A stretch of 24,000 nt of DNA from Candidatus Woesearchaeota archaeon (GTDB lineage Archaea; Nanobdellota; Nanobdellia; Pacearchaeales; GW2011-AR1): contig CAYHYK010000009.1 of NCBI GenBank assembly GCA_964360985.1, forward strand, positions 1 to 24,000. Direction: 5' to 3'. The position numbers and the translations under genes were made by a program. Positions 22,136 through 24,000 of this stretch are shown here, piece by piece. The notes under the pieces were generated by a model. The model worked only from the letters and a program-made list of their open reading frames with translations. It ran no database searches and was not told the origin of the DNA. Every line of letters starts with the position of its first letter. Within the stretch, counting starts at the first letter, position 1.

Positions 22136-23761
22136 ATGAGAAATTTAATATACCAAATGAATAAAAGATGTATTTTTTTAAGTTTATTTTTAATATTATC
22201 AATTTCTAATTCCTATGCACTAAATAATGCAGATTTCGCAATTTATACAGGATCAGGAACATGGGAACATAGTATTACTTCATTTGAAAAATTTTTAGAA
22301 TGGAAAAATCTTTCCTACGAAGAGATAAGCGCATGGAATTTAAACCATGAAAGTTTAATAGGTAAATACAATGCAATATTTTTCCCAGGCGGCTGGGCTT
22401 ACAATTACAAAAAATCAATACATGATTCTGGAAATCAAAACATAAGAGATTTTATATATTCAGGAGGCGCATATATAGGAATGAGTGCAGGCGCTTACTA
22501 TGCATGTGACAATGTCCGTTGGGATGGCCAAGATTATCCTTACTATCTAAATCTCTTCCATGGAGATTGCATAGGTCCAATCGAAGAAATAGCCTCCTGG
22601 CCAAATTATATCATGACAACAATATCAATAAATCCCTCTCACGAAGCAAATATTTATGAACCCTCAACAGAAGATGTTCTCTATTATGGAGAGCCTTATT
22701 TCATCCCATATCAAACTCAAGAAATGCAAACATTAGCATCATGGAATATTCCATCAAATCCTTCACTGGATAAAACTTCTGGAATCATCAGTTTTAATTA
22801 TGGCTCTGGCAGAGTTCTTTTGGTCGGCCCGCATCCAGAAATAGAAGAAGATTCTGATAGAGATGGTAACTCATTTGGTGAAGAACTAAATGACGAAGGT
22901 TCAGACTGGCCATTTCTTTGGACTGCAATAGATTGGCTTATGAAAAAACCAATCTCATTACCTCCAGAACTTCCTCAAGGAACTACACAAGCAAATAATG
23001 ATACCATTGCCCCAATAATCCATTCCTTCTCAGACTCTCCAGATCCTTTAACAGCAGGCACGTTACTAACAATAAAAGCAAATGTAACAGACAACATAGC
23101 AATTAGCTCTGTAAGAGTTAATATTTTAGATATCTTCTACCCAATGTCTCTAGAACAGGGTCCGCCAGCAGCAATTTTTTATGATAATTTCGAATCAGGT
23201 TCTCTAGCCGGCTGGACAAACACTGCAATTTCAGGTGGACAAAAATGGACAGCCTCAACAGTAAATCCATTCCAAGGTTCATGGCACGCCCAATCACAGC
23301 CTCGCTCAACTAACGAGCCAGCAAGCACTTTAGAAAGAACCGTCCCAACAACAAATTATCAAGGAATAACAATAAAATACGCCAGAAGACTAGTTGGTTT
23401 AGACGCAGCAGACGAATTCAAAGCAAAATGGTTCGATGGAGCAGCATGGAATACTTTAGAGCAAACAAGATCTAAATCAGCTAATGATGCTTCATATATA
23501 ACAAAATCCTTCTCTCTTCCCTCAAGCGCAAATAACAATCCTAACTTCAAAATAAAATTTGAATGCACAGCGGGCGCAGTATCAGAATACTGCAGAATAG
23601 ACAATATAAACATCTCTGCCTCAAGCTCTCCAACAGGCCTCTATATATATAAATTCAACACTGCAAACTTAACAAACGACACACACGCCTATACAATTTA
23701 TGCTGAAGACACTTCAGGAAATCAACCAGTCCCACAAGGCGGAGATTTCACAATTATTTAA
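22136..23761 (+). CDS. Secreted class-I glutamine-amidotransferase-like (BPL_N-like) protein with C-terminal Ig-like domain interrupted by a MAM/lectin-like jelly-roll domain
   Basis: 541 aa with a signal peptide (CIFLSLFLILSISNSYA). The GATase1/BPL_N-like core reads AIYTGSGTW...AIFFPGGWAYNY...IYSGGAYIGMSAGAYYAC...LLVGPHPEIEED. An Ig-like segment at aa 291-340 resumes at aa 497-541. The inserted domain at aa ~345-496 begins FYDNFESGSLAGWT and ends CRIDNINIS. An alternative start is the ATG at 22157 (MNKRC). Confidence 0.65.
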   Translation: MRNLIYQMNKRCIFLSLFLILSISNSYALNNADFAIYTGSGTWEHSITSFEKFLEWKNLSYEEISAWNLNHESLIGKYNAIFFPGGWAYNYKKSIHDSGNQNIRDFIYSGGAYIGMSAGAYYACDNVRWDGQDYPYYLNLFHGDCIGPIEEIASWPNYIMTTISINPSHEANIYEPSTEDVLYYGEPYFIPYQTQEMQTLASWNIPSNPSLDKTSGIISFNYGSGRVLLVGPHPEIEEDSDRDGNSFGEELNDEGSDWPFLWTAIDWLMKKPISLPPELPQGTTQANNDTIAPIIHSFSDSPDPLTAGTLLTIKANVTDNIAISSVRVNILDIFYPMSLEQGPPAAIFYDNFESGSLAGWTNTAISGGQKWTASTVNPFQGSWHAQSQPRSTNEPASTLERTVPTTNYQGITIKYARRLVGLDAADEFKAKWFDGAAWNTLEQTRSKSANDASYITKSFSLPSSANNNPNFKIKFECTAGAVSEYCRIDNINISASSSPTGLYIYKFNTANLTNDTHAYTIYAEDTSGNQPVPQGGDFTII

Positions 23762-23825
23762 TAGTATACAAAAATTTTATAATGCAATAAACATTAATTA
23801 AAATGAATCCTAAAGAATTCTTTGC

Positions 23826-23999
23826 TTATGATTCCAAACTCATTAGACTTATTTGATTATCCAGAGCTTTTCTTCTGACTACTTCATTTATACAGGCCTG
23901 TTTTTTTGAATTGAATGTATCGTAGATATTGCCTATTGAATAATTTTCTATGTTTGTTCCAAGAGAAATTATCTGGCTTGCAACACTGATAAGTTCATC
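23826..23999 (-). CDS. C-terminal fragment of an unidentified protein (gene continues beyond the window end)
   Basis: Open frame entering from the window edge: ...DELISVASQIISLGTNIENYSIGNIYDTFNSKKQACINEVVRRKALDNQISLMSLES, with its stop at 23826-23828. It is not in the ORF track, probably because it is truncated. Confidence 0.3.
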   Translation of the reverse strand, partial: DELISVASQIISLGTNIENYSIGNIYDTFNSKKQACINEVVRRKALDNQISLMSLES

Positions 24000-24000
24000 T

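Noticed and set aside
2506-23613. Antisense ORFs in the track: 2506-2940, 4513-4782, 5573-5896, 7271-7600, 8327-8515, 9361-9675, 9911-10114, 11208-11441, 12254-12454, 12705-12902, 15759-16025, 16371-16658, 18310-18528, 20541-20741, 23118-23309, 23359-23613.
   Set aside because: Each lies fully or largely opposite a longer ORF with clear family motifs. Their translations are low-complexity (Ser/Leu/Phe/Ile-rich), as expected from the reverse complement of AT-rich coding sequence. None has an independent promoter-like box.
12372-23761. Search for a cohesin module or a PGF-CTERM/archaeosortase-type sorting signal in the surface-protein block.
   Set aside because: None of the C-termini ends in a PGF-like motif followed by a TM helix and a basic tail. 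I recognise no cohesin-like beta-sandwich signature by eye. The absence is provisional because cohesins are hard to spot without profile searches.

Overview
AT-rich window (hand counts about 30-37% G+C in typical coding lines) that reads as a small-genome archaeon, possibly DPANN-like; the lineage is inference only. Supporting marks: GatD, an archaeal-type ProRS, deoxyhypusine synthase, an intron-containing tRNA with a bulge-helix-bulge-like junction, and A/T-rich TATA-like boxes 19-23 nt upstream of most ATGs with no Shine-Dalgarno sequence, which suggests leaderless mRNAs. About 19 of 22 genes are on the minus strand. Positions 1-12.3 kb are mostly housekeeping: gatD, proS, a Nudix hydrolase, tRNA-Arg(UCG), an amino-acid permease, a GatB-length amidotransferase subunit, dys, an acylphosphatase-UppS fusion and a RecJ-like DHH phosphoesterase. 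Positions 12.4-23.8 kb are an almost uninterrupted block of envelope and secreted proteins: a secreted beta-propeller protein, a membrane-anchored ArsR-type wHTH regulator, then three consecutive genes each carrying dockerin-type Ca-binding repeat pairs (a mosaic S8 subtilase, a 695-aa protein with about 9% cysteine built from two unnamed repeat families, and an M64-like HEFGH metalloprotease), and a divergently transcribed secreted GATase1/BPL_N-like protein with a nested MAM-like domain. No cohesin-like partner is recognisable in the window. This dockerin-tagged surface island is my best candidate for an undescribed cell-surface or host-interaction system. Smaller oddities are a 188-bp MITE-like element upstream of gatD, a perfectly symmetric shared TATA box between two divergent genes, a 44-bp perfect repeat in a Pro/Ser linker, and a TA-like pair of mini-ORFs. 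All calls come from motif recognition by eye; no database search was run.
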